Position numbers and translations under genes: made by a program. A stretch of DNA of 64,000 nucleotides from Eledone cirrhosa (lineage: Eukaryota), in assembly GCA_964016885.1 (NCBI GenBank), contig OZ024745.1:2170001-2234000 (forward strand), written 5' to 3'. This document shows, piece by piece, positions 9,817-23,500 of this stretch (within the stretch, counting starts at the first letter, position 1; every line of letters starts with the position of its first letter). The notes beneath the pieces were generated by a model, which worked only from the letters and a program-made list of their open reading frames with translations, did not search any database and had not been told where the DNA came from.

Positions 9817-11753
9817 ACCCTGGACGCCTTCGTCGATGCCAGCCGTAGCGCAGTAAATCGTTTCGACTTCCGCCACCGTTCCAAACGGTACAATATCTCA
9901 CGGGGCGAACTCCTCGCTCTCCGCTCCCTCCGTAGCCGAGATGACATCGTCATCAAACCGGGGACAAGGGAGGCGCCGTGGTGGTATGGCGCGCGGACCT
10001 CTACACGGCCGAAGCCCTCAGGCAGCTCTGTAACCCCCTCTTTTACCGCCCTCTACCCTCCGATCCCACCCCCCTCTACCAACAACAAGTCTCCTCCACC
10101 ATCCAAGACCTTATCGCCTCCCCCCCCACCGCTTCCCACCTCATCGTCGGCACCCCCCTCACCCCCACCATCTACTTCCTCCCCAAACTCCACAAACCCG
10201 ACAACCCCGGCCGCCCCATCGTCTCCGCTTGCAACTGCCCCACCGAACTCATCTCCGCCTTTCTCGACTCCCTCCTCGCCCCCCTTATCACCACCCTCCC
10301 CTCCCACATCTCCGACACCAACCACGCCCTGCGCCTTTTCGACTCCTTCACCTACCTACTCGGCCCTCAGCCATTCCTCTTCACCCTAGACATCAAGTCC
10401 CTCTATACAGTCATCCCCCACGCCGACGGCCTTCGCGCCCTCAAACACTACCTCGACCTTCGCCCCTCCCTCATTCCCTCCACCCCCACCCTCCTTCGCC
10501 TCGCCGAGCTGGTCCTCACCCTGAATTGTTTCTCCTTCTCGGGTGAGTTTTACCAACAGGTCACGGGGGTAGCCATGGGTACAAGAATGGGCCCGAACTA
10601 TGCCAACCTTTTTGTTGGCCATGTTGAGGCCCAAATCTTTGCCCAGTACACCGGCCCCACGCCCGAACTGTACGGTCGTTACATTGACGACTGTATCGGA
10701 GCAACGACCCTCACCCGAGAACAGCTCGACTCCTTTCTCTCCTTCTTCTGCTCCTTCCACCCCTCCCTCCACTTCACCACCTCTATCTCCACCACCCACG
10801 TCCACTTCTTGGACATCTCCGTCGCCTTCGACCCCTCCCACCACTCCCTCGTCACCTCCGCCTTCTTCAAACCCACCGACTCCCACTCTTACCTCGACTT
10901 CACCTCTTCCCACCCCACCCACACTAAACTCTCCATTCCCTACTCCCAACTTCTCAAGATCCGCCGCCTCTGTAGCCGAGATGCTGACTTTGAGTCCCAG
11001 GCCCTTTCCCTAGTCAGCCATTTCATCCGCAGAGGTTACCCCCCCTCCCTCTCGTCCACACCGCTCTCACCCGCGCCCGTGCTGTCCCCCGCTCCACCAC
11101 CCTCACCCCACGCCACCGCACACCCACCCACCGTCTCCCCTTCCCCATCACCTACCACCCCTCCACCTTACCCCTCCACCGCACCATCCGCCGCCTCTTC
11201 CGACGCCTCCAGTCCGACCTCTCCACCTCCCACATCTTCCCAACCCCACCACTCCCCTCCTTCAAACCCGCACGCAATCTCCGCACCCTCCTCGTCCACA
11301 GCTCCCTACCCCCCAACCCACGCTCTGTCCCCCCCCGGTTCCTTTCCCTATTCTAGGCCCCGCTGCAACACCTGTCCCCACATCACCAACACCACCACCT
11401 TCCAGGGTCCCAACGGCCACTCGCTCTCTGTCTGGCATGCTTTCCGCTGCACCTCCTCCAACCTAGTCTACGGACTTCGCTGCACGGAGTCCAGCGCGAC
11501 TTATGTCGGACAGACGGGACGTCGCCTGGCGGACCGATTCACTGAGCACCTCCGGGATATTCGTCTCGGGGGTAGTTCCCCCATCGCCCGCCACTTTGGT
11601 GGCCCTGGACATTCCGCACGCCATCTCACAGTCTGTGGCCTACTCCAGTGCCACGGAACACCCGCCAATCGCCTTAGGGTCGAACAACAAACTATCTTCA
11701 TCTTACAGACCCACACTCCTCCCGGCCTGAACTCCCCACCCTTATTCCTTTAG
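9817..11753 (+). pseudogene. PLE RT/GIY-YIG ORF with frameshifts
   Basis: Frameshift near 9960 and a compensating pair near 11050 and 11335. Between the pair the PLE-like frame reads VHTALTRAR...ITYHP...PSFKPARNLRTLLVHS, not the Pro/Ser-rich track translation. Confidence 0.85.
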
Positions 11754-13260
11754 CCTTCGAGCCCCCCCCCCCCCTCTCCCCCATACTTATCCCCCACTAA
11801 CACCACTAACACACCCCTCCTTTTCACCGCCCACCCCACAACTAACAATACTAACACCTCCACTCCACCCCTCATCTGACCACCCTTCCCCAACTAACAT
11901 ACTAACATCCCTCCCTTCTTCTCCTCCTCCCCCCTCCTTATCACATGCACACACCCACCGGCACATATATACACGCGCTCACACTAAACACACACCCTAC
12001 TACCACCACTAACCCTCACCCCCACACCTCTCACCCCCACACCTCCATCGCACCACCCCGCAACTAACCTCACTAACACCCCCTAACCCCAAGCACATGA
12101 ACACACGCACCCACTTACACCACCCACCCCACACGCAACTAACATCACTAACACCCCCCAACCCCACGCACACGTACCCACACACCCTCGTACACCACCA
12201 ACTCTACACACCCTACCACCACTAACCCCCACTCACACCTGCATTCAACCCCTCCCCACCTCCCGTATACTAACACCCACTAACACCCCTTCATCAAACT
12301 ACACACACACCAGTACACCACACTCACTCCATAGAACCACACACACCCTTCTCTCCCCGCACCACCCACACCCTCGCTCCACACTCACTCATCCCACTAA
12401 CACCTCTACTAATACACACACACACACCCTGCTCACTCCAACTTTCACACCTACCCATCCTCGCCCCTTACCATTCCACCGACTGCTGCTATGCCCTCTG
12501 ACCACCTCCCAGCACAAACAGACACACAGCACTCCCACTGCTTGACCACTTCCTGTTGCGCGCGCACCCCACATCTCTCCTCTTCCGACCATCGCTTCAT
12601 GGAATACTCGCACGCAGAAATTGACCACCACAGAATCCACTAAACACCTTCGGATTTTACAAACTTTTCAACCATCCTCTTACGTAATCACCTATATAAC
12701 TCACCCACACACACACCCCAAACATTTTTTTTTCTCCACACGCCACCTACACCCACAACACGCTTAAACCCCACACACACGTGCTTTCCACCACATATTT
12801 ACACCCTCAGCCTCCTGATTCCTCTCCCCCCACCCCTCTATCCACACACGCACAGACACTCCGACCCCCCCCCCCCCCCACACACACACACACCTCTTCC
12901 TGAACATGCAACCCCGTTCTTCCCCCAACCCTTACTTTCACATACACACACACACACGTACACCTACACACACACACCACATTCAGCCCTCCCCGTTCGG
13001 ACACCCCGCCTCCCTCTCCCCACTCCACCCGCCACCACCCCTACACACCCCACACCCTTCCACGACCTGTTTTACCCCCCTTTTAATTTCAGTTTATTTT
13101 GATCATGCTTTTATATTTAAATTTATTTCATTCCTTGTATTTTGATCATGCTTTATTTTTAATTTTATTTTTATTTTTTTCATTCGCACCGTTTCCTTTT
13201 GCTATATGTCTCTCCACCACTCCCTACACACCCTTTGAACTCTGTTCCCACACACTTCTC

Positions 13261-13292
13261 ACCTGAGGAAGGGCTTATGCCCGAAACGTCGT
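13261..13292 (+). ncRNA. Minimal type I hammerhead ribozyme in the PLE 3' end
   Basis: AC-CTGAGGA-A-GGGC-TTAT-GCCC-GAA-ACGT-C-GT with palindromic ACGT stem III. Stem I is only 2 bp. AATAAA follows at about 13329. Confidence 0.78.
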
Positions 13293-13383
13293 CCCCCACC
13301 AACACCCCACTCTCCAGAGCGTGAAATTAATAAACATTCGTTGTACTGCCTCTCTGTTTTGTCCCTGTTCAAATTTTTCCATT

Positions 13384-14366
<983 letters not shown>

Positions 14367-14369
14367 CAA

Positions 14370-14672
14370 TGAAACACATGGCAGAGATTGCTACATTTCT
14401 ACACACTGTACATTTGACACGATTTTTTTCGACCTTTCACAAAACAGACAAATGACAAGTAAATAAACACACACACCCGGATGTAACACATGCGCAAACC
14501 AAGCACACAACACACATCACACCACAAGATGGGACAGGACAGAACAAAGGAGAGACACAAAATAAGAAATCAGCCACTGAGGAGGTCACAGAATGTGTGA
14601 CGAAAGAGCTTTGACAATATATAAACAACCATCCGGTTATTGAACTAACCAACCGGAAATTTATAATAAATT
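14370..14672 (+). mobile_element. Probable solo PLE 3' end (pLTR remnant)
   Basis: A/C-rich tract, CATGCGCA motif, HHR, then AATAAA. Layout resembles 16050-16381. Boundaries are approximate. Confidence 0.4.
14573..14615 (+). ncRNA. Minimal type I hammerhead ribozyme, slightly decayed
   Basis: GCCA-CTGAGGA-G-GTCACA-gaatg-TGTGAC-GAA-AGAGCT-T-TGAC: 6-bp stem II, one mismatch in stem I, weak stem III. Confidence 0.62.
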
Positions 14673-14909
14673 GAAGTGAAAACTAACAGATGCGGGTGTT
14701 TCTATTGGCAGCATGCCTCCCCATAATCCCTATTTTTACAATTTTACGATTAATTGCACACACAGAAGTAGAGAGGATTTTTTTTTTTTTTTTTATTCGA
14801 TATAAAAGTAAATCATAGTTTCGTAGTTATGGGTGGGACCCTATGTCTTCTGGCAACAAATATCTCTAGAAATAGTTCACCAATGTATATATAAATATAT
14901 ATAGCTATG

Positions 14910-14953
<44 letters not shown>

Positions 14954-15145
14954 CGTTTCTAACTCACTATATATTTGTCGGCTCCATCATGTAGAGCTAA
15001 TTTTAATGTCCTGTTAACCAGGCTGCTATTTTTAGCGGCATGGAATTTCGAGATAAGCTAGGTTCCGAAGACACGTGCGATAGTTCTTATCGCACACAAT
15101 TCAGTTTTCTAATATTTTTAGAAGTGGAAGGATCACTAATTTCTC

Positions 15146-15227
15146 AACAACTACTGAGGAGCAGAGAAAAGTGTGGACTTCACTTAATAAGATGTTGCGA
15201 AACAGTTTCCAAAACTGTCTAGTTGTT
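15146..15227 (+). ncRNA. Canonical type I hammerhead ribozyme
   Basis: Stem I AACAACTA/TAGTTGTT (8 bp), core CTGAGGA (15154-15160), stem II GCAG/TTGC with apical AAGTG/CACTT hairpin, GAA, stem III ACAGTTT-cca-AAACTGT (7 bp). Cleavage predicted after GUC at 15219. Confidence 0.88.
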
Positions 15228-15396
15228 ACCAGGCGATTTGCCCAATATAGGTCTGTTATTTTTCTTAATTTACTACTTAAAATTAAGTCTGACAAACCAT
15301 ATTGCTGTAGTTAGTATTTTTTCACCCTAGCAAACTTGGTCCTTACGATTCGAACACATGTATGTTTATATTAGTGTTCATCTCTCTTGTTTATTC

Positions 15397-15498
<102 letters not shown>

Positions 15499-15504
15499 TT
15501 GTAT

Positions 15505-15605
15505 GTAAAAGGTAAACAGAGATAACAACACAATTGGTACAGCATACGGAAGGGATATATTAGGTTAACGCTTGATATAGCAGGAAGAGGGTCTTAACGT
15601 TTCGG
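15505..15605 (-). mobile_element. Possible PLE 3' tip with only the 3' half of a hammerhead (CCGAAACGTTA)
   Basis: Minus strand CC-GAAACGTT-A then about 90 nt to a microsatellite. The CTGANGA half is absent because the next element starts here. Confidence 0.3.
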
Positions 15606-15637
15606 TCAAAAATACAGATATAAATACATAGTTCTAA

Positions 15638-16051
15638 GAAAACCACTGTACTAATCGGAAATGTGTTATATGTAAAGTAAACCCCCAGATCAACTGTAAA
15701 ACTAAAAATGTAGTCTATAGCATAAGATGGACAGAGGGTACTTGCAGAAACATGACAACCACATACATAGGCGAGACAGCTCGTAGCATAGGAGAAAGGT
15801 TAGACCAACACTGGGGGGAACTAAATGGACGAAAAAACGGTTCAGTACTATACGAACACGCCAGACAACAACATGACGGTAACATAGACAACATAGAAAT
15901 TAAAATAATATCTAAACATAGAAATGACACAGCAGATAGGCAAATCAGAGAGGCCAGTGAAATAGAACTTAGAAGGCCAAAGCTAAACAGAAAAAATGAA
16001 TTGAATAACAACACCCAAACAAACAATACTGACATAAGAGAAATATTTTAA
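15638..16051 (+). pseudogene. GIY-YIG endonuclease fragment of a PLE
   Basis: Open frame HCTNRKCVICK...CKTKNVVYSI...TYIGETARSIGERLDQH...RQIREASEI...PKLN; no RT upstream. Confidence 0.85.
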
Positions 16052-16301
16052 AATAAATAAATACATAAAGAAATGAATATATACACAAGCACAATAACAA
16101 CAAGCACATATAAGCACACACTAGTAAACTAAGATAGAATACAATAACCAAATCACAGTCACCCAAACGCGAACACACACACTGAACACTATACACACAC
16201 GCAAACGCATGCGCAGAGAAGAAGACAAAAATAAATAAGTAAATAAACAGATAAAATAAAAATGGCGTAGATATACAATACAACAGGAGGAACATAATAG
16301 T

Positions 16302-16343
16302 ACCACTGATGATGTTGCATATGTGCAACGAAAGAACATTGTT
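16302..16343 (+). ncRNA. Degenerate type I hammerhead motif
   Basis: ACCA-CTGATGA-T-GTTGCA-tatg-TGCAAC-GAA-AGAACA-T-TGTT, collinear with 14573-14615 but U16.1 appears lost, so probably inactive. Confidence 0.5.
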
Positions 16344-16546
16344 AGACTATATATATATATTTATATCTGTATTTTTAACCGCTGGTCAATCAATGATAAA
16401 CATTGATTACCAAATAAATTAACTATGGAGATATAAAAGATACAGAAGCGAAAACCAACCAAACTGAGTGTGTTCTGTTATTATTTCTGGCAATATTATT
16501 ACAACAATATGACCCTCCCCAAGTATAACTATATATATATATATAT

Positions 16547-16835
16547 ACGACGGTACTCCAATTGATCCGATCAACGGAACAGCCTGGTCGTGAAATTAAC
16601 GTGCAAGTGGCTGAGCATTCCACAGATACGCGTATCCGTAACGTAGTTCTCAGGGAGATTCAGCGTGATACAGAATGTGACAAGGCTCGCCCTTCGAATT
16701 ACAGGTACAACCCATTTTTGCCGAGTTGACTGGAGCAACGTGAAATAAAGTATCTTGCTCAAGGACACAACGCACCGCCGGGAATCGAACTTACGATTGT
16801 GAACCTAATACCCTAACTACAAAGACACACGCCTT
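16547..16835 (-). mobile_element. tRNA-derived SINE
   Basis: Minus strand starts GGCGTGTG...GTAGTTAGGGT (A-box-like), has B box GTTCGATTCC, then TTGTGTCCTTGAGCAAGATACTTTA (conserved SINE body-type motif), and ends at (TA)n. Confidence 0.75.
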
Positions 16836-17334
16836 ATATGTGTGTGTGTGTGAGAGTGAGAGTGAGTGTGTGTCTGTGTGTGTGTGTCTGTGTATGTTTA
16901 TGTCCGTGTGTGAGTGTGTGTCTCATTAAACCAATAAAGACAGGAAATAATTCATATAAATAGGGAGGGGAAGAGGGGGAGAGGAGTGAGGGGGAGATAG
17001 GGGGAGTACAGAGAAAATAGAGGGAAGGGGAGGGAGGGGTGAGAGATAGGATTGTGTGATGAAGACATTAACGAATTGATAAACATACACACATATATAC
17101 ATATACACATACACCTACACATACACACACACCTACACATACACACACACATACACATACACACATGCATTTACATTCCCATATGCACACACATATTCAC
17201 CCATCACACTCTCACTCACACAATACACACACATACACCCACACTCACACATTCACACACACAATACACACACATACACCCACACTCACACATTCACACG
17301 TTTATACAGATCTACATTGACTTAACTCAACACT
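16836..17334. repeat. Low-complexity (GT)n, purine-rich and (CA)-rich tracts
   Basis: Direct inspection. Confidence 0.85.
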
Positions 17335-20110
17335 GTGTGTGTGTGTCTTTCTATATATGTATGTGTGGGTGTCTTTCTGTATATGTATGTGTGTGTGTCT
17401 TTCTATATATGTATGTGTGTGTGTCTTTCTATATATGTATGTGTGTGTGTCTTTCTATATATGTATGTGTGTGTGTCTTTCTGTATATGTATGTGTATGT
17501 CTTTCTATATATGTATGTGTGTGTGTCTTTCTATATATGTATGTGTGTGTGTCTTTCTGTATATGTATGTGTGTGTGTCTTTCTATATATGTATGTGTGT
17601 GTGTCTTTCTGTATATGTATGTGTGTGTGTCTTTCTATATATGTATGTGTGTGTGTATTTCTATATATGTATGTGTGTGTGTATTTCTATATATATATGT
17701 GTGTGTGTATTTCTATATATATATGTGTGTGTGTCTTTCTATATATGTATGTGTATGTGTCTTTCTATATATGTATGTGTGTGTGTATTTCTATATATGT
17801 ATGTGTGTGTGTCTTTCTGTATATGTATGTGTATGTCTTTCTATATATGTATGTGTGTGTGTCTTTCTATATATGTGTGTGTGTCTTTCTATATATGTAT
17901 GTGTGTCTTTCTATATATGTGTATGTGTCTTTCTATATATGTATCTGTGTGTGTCTTTCTATATATGTATGTGTGTGTGTCTTTCTATATATGTATGTGT
18001 ATGTGTATTTCTATATATGTATGTGTGTGTGTCTTTCTATATGTGTATGTGTATTTCTATATATGTATCTGTGTGTGTCTTTCTATATATGTATGTGTAT
18101 ATGTATTTCTATATATGTATGTGTATGTGTCTTTCTATATATGTATGTGTGTGTGTCTTTCTATATGTGTATGTGTATTTCTACATATGTATGTGTATGT
18201 GTCTTTCTATAGATGTATGTGTGTGTGTCTTTCTATATATGTATGTGTATGTGTATTTCTATATATGTATGTGTGTCTGTCTTTCTGTATATGTATGTGT
18301 ATGTGTCTTTCTGTATATGTATGTGTGTGTGTCTTTCTGTATATGTATGTGTGTGTGTCTTTCTATATATGTATGTGTATGTGTATTTCTATATATGTAT
18401 GTGTGTGTGTCTTTCTGTATATGTATGTGTGTGTGTCTTTCTGTATATGTATGTGTATGTGTCTTTCTATATATGTATGTGTGTGTGTCTTTCTGTATAT
18501 GTATGTGTGTGTGTGTCTTTCTATATATGTATGTGTGTGTGTCTTTCTGTATATGTATGTGTGTGTGTCTTTCTGTATATGTATGTGTATGTGTCTTTCT
18601 ATATATGTATGTGTGTGTGTCTTTCTATATATGTATGTGTGTGTGTCTTTCTGTATATGTATGTGTGTGTGTCTTTCTGTATATGTATGTGTATGTGTCT
18701 TTCTGTATATGTATGTGTGTGTGTGTCTTTCTATATATGTATGTGTGTGTGTCTTTCTGTATATGTATGTGTGTGTGTCTTTCTGTATATGTATGTGTGT
18801 GTGTCTTTCTATATATGTATGTGTGTGTGTCTTTCTGTATATGTATGTGTGTGTGTCTTTCTGTATATGTATGTGTGTGTGTCTTTCTATATATGTATGT
18901 GTGTGTCTTTCTATATATGTATGTGTATTTCTATATATGTATGTGTATGTGTATTTCTATATATGTATGTGTATGTGTATTTCTATATATGTATGTGTAT
19001 GTGTCTTTCTATATATGTATGTGTGTGTGTCTTTCTATATATGTATGTGTATGTGTCTTTCTGTATATGTATGTGTGTGTGTATTTCTATATATGTATGT
19101 GTGTGTGTCTTTCTATATATGTATGTGTGTGTGTCTTTCTGTATATGTATGTGTATTTCTATATATGTATGTGTATGTGTCTTTCTATATATGTGTGTGT
19201 GTGTGTGCCTTTCTGTATATGTATGTGTATGTGTCTTTCTGTATATGTATGTGTGTGTCTTTCTGTATATGTATGTGTGTGCCTTTCTATATATGTATGT
19301 CTTTCTGTATATGTATGTGTGTGTCTTTCTATATATGTATGTGTCTTTCTATATATGTATGTGTATGTCTTTCTATATATGTATGTGTATTTCTATATAT
19401 GTATGTGTATGTGTATTTCTATATATGTATGTGTCTTTCTATATATGTATGTCTTTCTATATATGTATGTGTGTATGTCTTTCTATATATGTATGTGTGT
19501 ATGTCTTTCTATATATATATGTGTATGTCTTTCTATATATGTATGTGTATGTGTCTTTCTGTATATGTATGTGTGTGTCTTTCTATATATGTATGTGTCT
19601 TTCTATATATGTATTTGTATGTGTCTTTAATATATATGTATGTGTGTGTGTGTCTTTCTATATATGTATGTCTTTCTATATATGTATGTGTATGTGTATG
19701 TGTATTTCTATATATGTATATGTATGTGTCTTTCTATATATGTATGTGTGTGTCTTTCTATATATGTATGTGTATTTCTATATATGTATGTGTATGTGTA
19801 TTTCTATATATGTATGTGTATGTGTATTTCTATATATGTATGTGTGTGTGTCTTTCTATATATGTATGTGTATGTGTATTTCTATATATGTATGTGTGTG
19901 TGTCTTTCTATATATGTATGTGTATGTGTATTTCTATATATGTATGTGTGTGTGTCTTTCTATATATGTATGTGTGTGTGTATTTCTATATATGTATGTG
20001 TATGTGTATTTCTATATATGGATGTGTGTGTGTCTTTCTATATATGTATGTGTGTGTCTTTCTATATATGTATGTGTGTGTCTTTCTATATATGTATGTG
20101 TGTGTGTATT
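17335..20110. repeat. 26-bp minisatellite CTTTCTATATATGTATGTGTGTGTGT, roughly 110 copies, shorter variants toward the right
   Basis: CTTTC anchors at 17399, 17425 and 17451 (period 26); the translation repeats every 26 aa. Confidence 0.95.
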
Positions 20111-20239
20111 TTCCACTTTATCCAATTTCCAGGAACCTTTTTGTCACTCCCGCTCATTATTGTCTTCCATAATCAGCTTATGTACTCCCCCTTTCTATCA
20201 CAACACACCTCTTACCTCACTAGATTCAAATTGCTATCA

Positions 20240-20490
20240 ATTCTTCTCTTGTTCGCTTTCCTCCTTTCTATCCCCTCCCTCTTCCCATTCTCTCTCCCTC
20301 TCTCTCTCCCCTCACTCCCTCTCCCCTCCCTCCTTCTCCCATTTCTCAACCCCACTTTCTCCCTCTATCCCCTCTCTTACTCTCCCTCTACCCTCTCTCA
20401 ACACCACTACTTCCCCTCTACTCTATCACCGCCTCTCTCCCCTCACTCTCACTCTATATATATCTCCCACCCCCACCACCATTCACCCAA
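20240..20490. repeat. Pyrimidine-rich low-complexity spacer
   Basis: CT-rich tract between the two tandem arrays. Confidence 0.8.
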
Positions 20491-20560
20491 TAACTCTGTT
20501 TTACATTCTGCCGCCATCGTTATGTCTATATTTTCTGTTTCTCGCCACAATTCCTACCAA

Positions 20561-23500
20561 ACATATCACCACATAACACCATATACCACCACATACCACC
20601 ACGTACCACTACTACATACCACCCACCATATACCACCACATACCACCACGTACCACTACTACATACCACCCACCATATACCACCACATACCACCACGAAC
20701 CACTACTACATACCACCCACCATATACCACCACGTACCACCAAGTACCACTACTACATACCACCCACCATATACCACCACATACCACCACGTACGACTAC
20801 TACATACCACCCACCATATACCACTACATACCACCCACCATATACCACCACATACCACTACATACCATTACGTACGACCACATATCACCACATACCACTA
20901 CACACCACTACATACCACTACATACCACCACATACCACCACATACCACCATGCACCACCACATACCACTACATACCACCACCACATACCAGCACATACCA
21001 GCACATACCAGCACATACCACCACATACCACCACATACCACCACACATCACTACATACCACTACATACCATCACATACCACCACATACCACCATATGCCA
21101 CTACATAATACCACATACCACTACATACCACCACATACCACCACATACCACTACATACCACTACATACCACCACATACCAACACATACCACTACATAACA
21201 CCACATACCACCACATACCACTACATACCACTACATACCGAAACATTCCACCACACCACTACATACTACTACATACCACCACATAACACCACATACCACT
21301 ACATAGCACCATATACCACCACATACCACCACATACCACCACATAATACCATATACCACTACATACCACCACATACCACCACATATCACCACATACCACC
21401 ATATACCACCACATACCAATACATACCACCACCACATACCACTACATACCACCACATACCACCACACCACTACATACCACTACATACCACCACATACCAC
21501 TACATACCACCCACCATATACCACTACATACCACCACATGCCACCATATACCACCATATACCACCACATACCACAACATACCACAACATACCACAACATA
21601 CCATAACATACCATTACATACCACTACATACCACCACATACCACTACATACGACCACATACGAGTACATACCACCACAAACCACTACATACTACCACATA
21701 CCACTACATACTACCACATATCACTACATACCACTACATACCACCACATACCTCCACATACCACCACATACCAGCACATACCACCACATACCACTACATA
21801 CTACCACATATCACTACATACCACCACATACCACTACATACTACCACATATCACTACATACCACCACATACCACTACATACCACCACATACCAACACATA
21901 CCTCCAAATACCACCACATACCATCACATACCACCACATACCACTACATGCCACCACATACCATCACATACCACCACATACCACTACATGCCACCACATA
22001 CCACTACATACCACTACATACCACCGACCACATACTACTACTTACCACCACCCATATACCACTACATACCACCACATCCCACTAAATACCACTAAATACC
22101 ACAACATACCACCACATACCACCACATACCACCACATACCACCACATACCACCACATACCACCACATAATACCACATACCACTACATACCACCACATACC
22201 ACCACATACCACCATGTACCACCACATACCACTACATACCACCACCACATACCAGCACATACCACCACATACCACCACATACCTCCACATACCACCACAT
22301 AGCACCACACACCACTACATACCACTACATACTATCACATACCACCACATACCACCATGTGCCACTACATACCACTACTACATACCACCCACCATATACC
22401 ACCACATACCACCACATACCACCACATACCAACACATACCACTACATACCACTACATACCACTACATAGCACTACATACCGCCACATTCTACCACACCAC
22501 TACATACCACTAGATACCACCACATACCACCACATACCACCACATACCACCACATACCACCATATACCACCACATACCACCACATTCCACCACATAATAC
22601 CACATACCACTACATACCACCACATACCACCACATACCACTACATACCACTACATACCACCACATACCAACACATACCACTACATACCACCACATACCAC
22701 TACATAGCACTACATACCGCCACATTCCACCACACCACTAGATACCACCACATACCACCACATACCACCACATACCACCACATACCACCATATACCACCA
22801 CATACCACCACATACCACCACATAATACCACATACCACTACATACCACCACATACCACCACATACCACCACATAATACAACATACCACTACATACCACCA
22901 CATACCACCACATACCACCACATAATACCATATACCACTACATACCACCACATACCACCACATATCACCACATACCACCATATACCACCACATACCAATA
23001 CATACCACTACCACATACCAATACATACCACCACATACCACCACATACCACCACATACCACCACATACCACCACATAACACCACTAGATACCACTACATA
23101 CCACCACATATCAACACATACCACCATATACCACCACATACCAATACATACCACCACCACATACCAATACATACCACCACCACATACCACTACGTACCAC
23201 CACATACCACCACACACCACTACATACCACTACATACCACCACATACCACCACACACCACTACATACCAGTACATACCACCACATACCACCACACACCAC
23301 TACATACCACTACATACCACCACATGCCACCACATACCACCATATACCACCACATACCACAACATACCACTACATACCACTACATACCACTACATACCAT
23401 AACATACCATTACATACCACTACATACCACCACATACCACTACATACCACCACATACCAGTACATACCACCACAAATCACTACATACTACCACATATCAC

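Larger units (their letters stand above)
9813..13383 (+). mobile_element. Penelope-like retroelement (Neptune-type: RT, Cys-rich linker, GIY-YIG), 5' truncated, with ~1.6-kb 3' UTR/pLTR and HHR
   Basis: [59 protein letters not shown] (10680-10691), FLDI, FKPTD, RPRCNTC...CTSSNLVY, YVGQTGRRLADRFTEH, PPGLN. Flanked by TA runs. Confidence 0.93.
15603..16381 (+). mobile_element. 5'-truncated PLE (Cys-rich linker, GIY-YIG, 3' UTR) with short inverted termini
   Basis: GIY-YIG frame plus a degenerate HHR. 15603-15626 is the reverse complement of 16358-16381 (23/24). Confidence 0.8.

Noticed and set aside
16384-16413. Hairpin TGGTCAATCAATG/CATTGATTACCA as the missing half of the HHR near 15595
   Set aside because: No CTGANGA or variant in the required orientation
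16770-16835. tRNA gene
   Set aside because: A tRNA-like head without a complete cloverleaf, continuous with a SINE body
17052-21286. Very long Cys/Val/Tyr/Met-rich ORFs (up to 945 aa)
   Set aside because: Open in all three frames because the 26-bp repeat lacks stop codons; no coding signal
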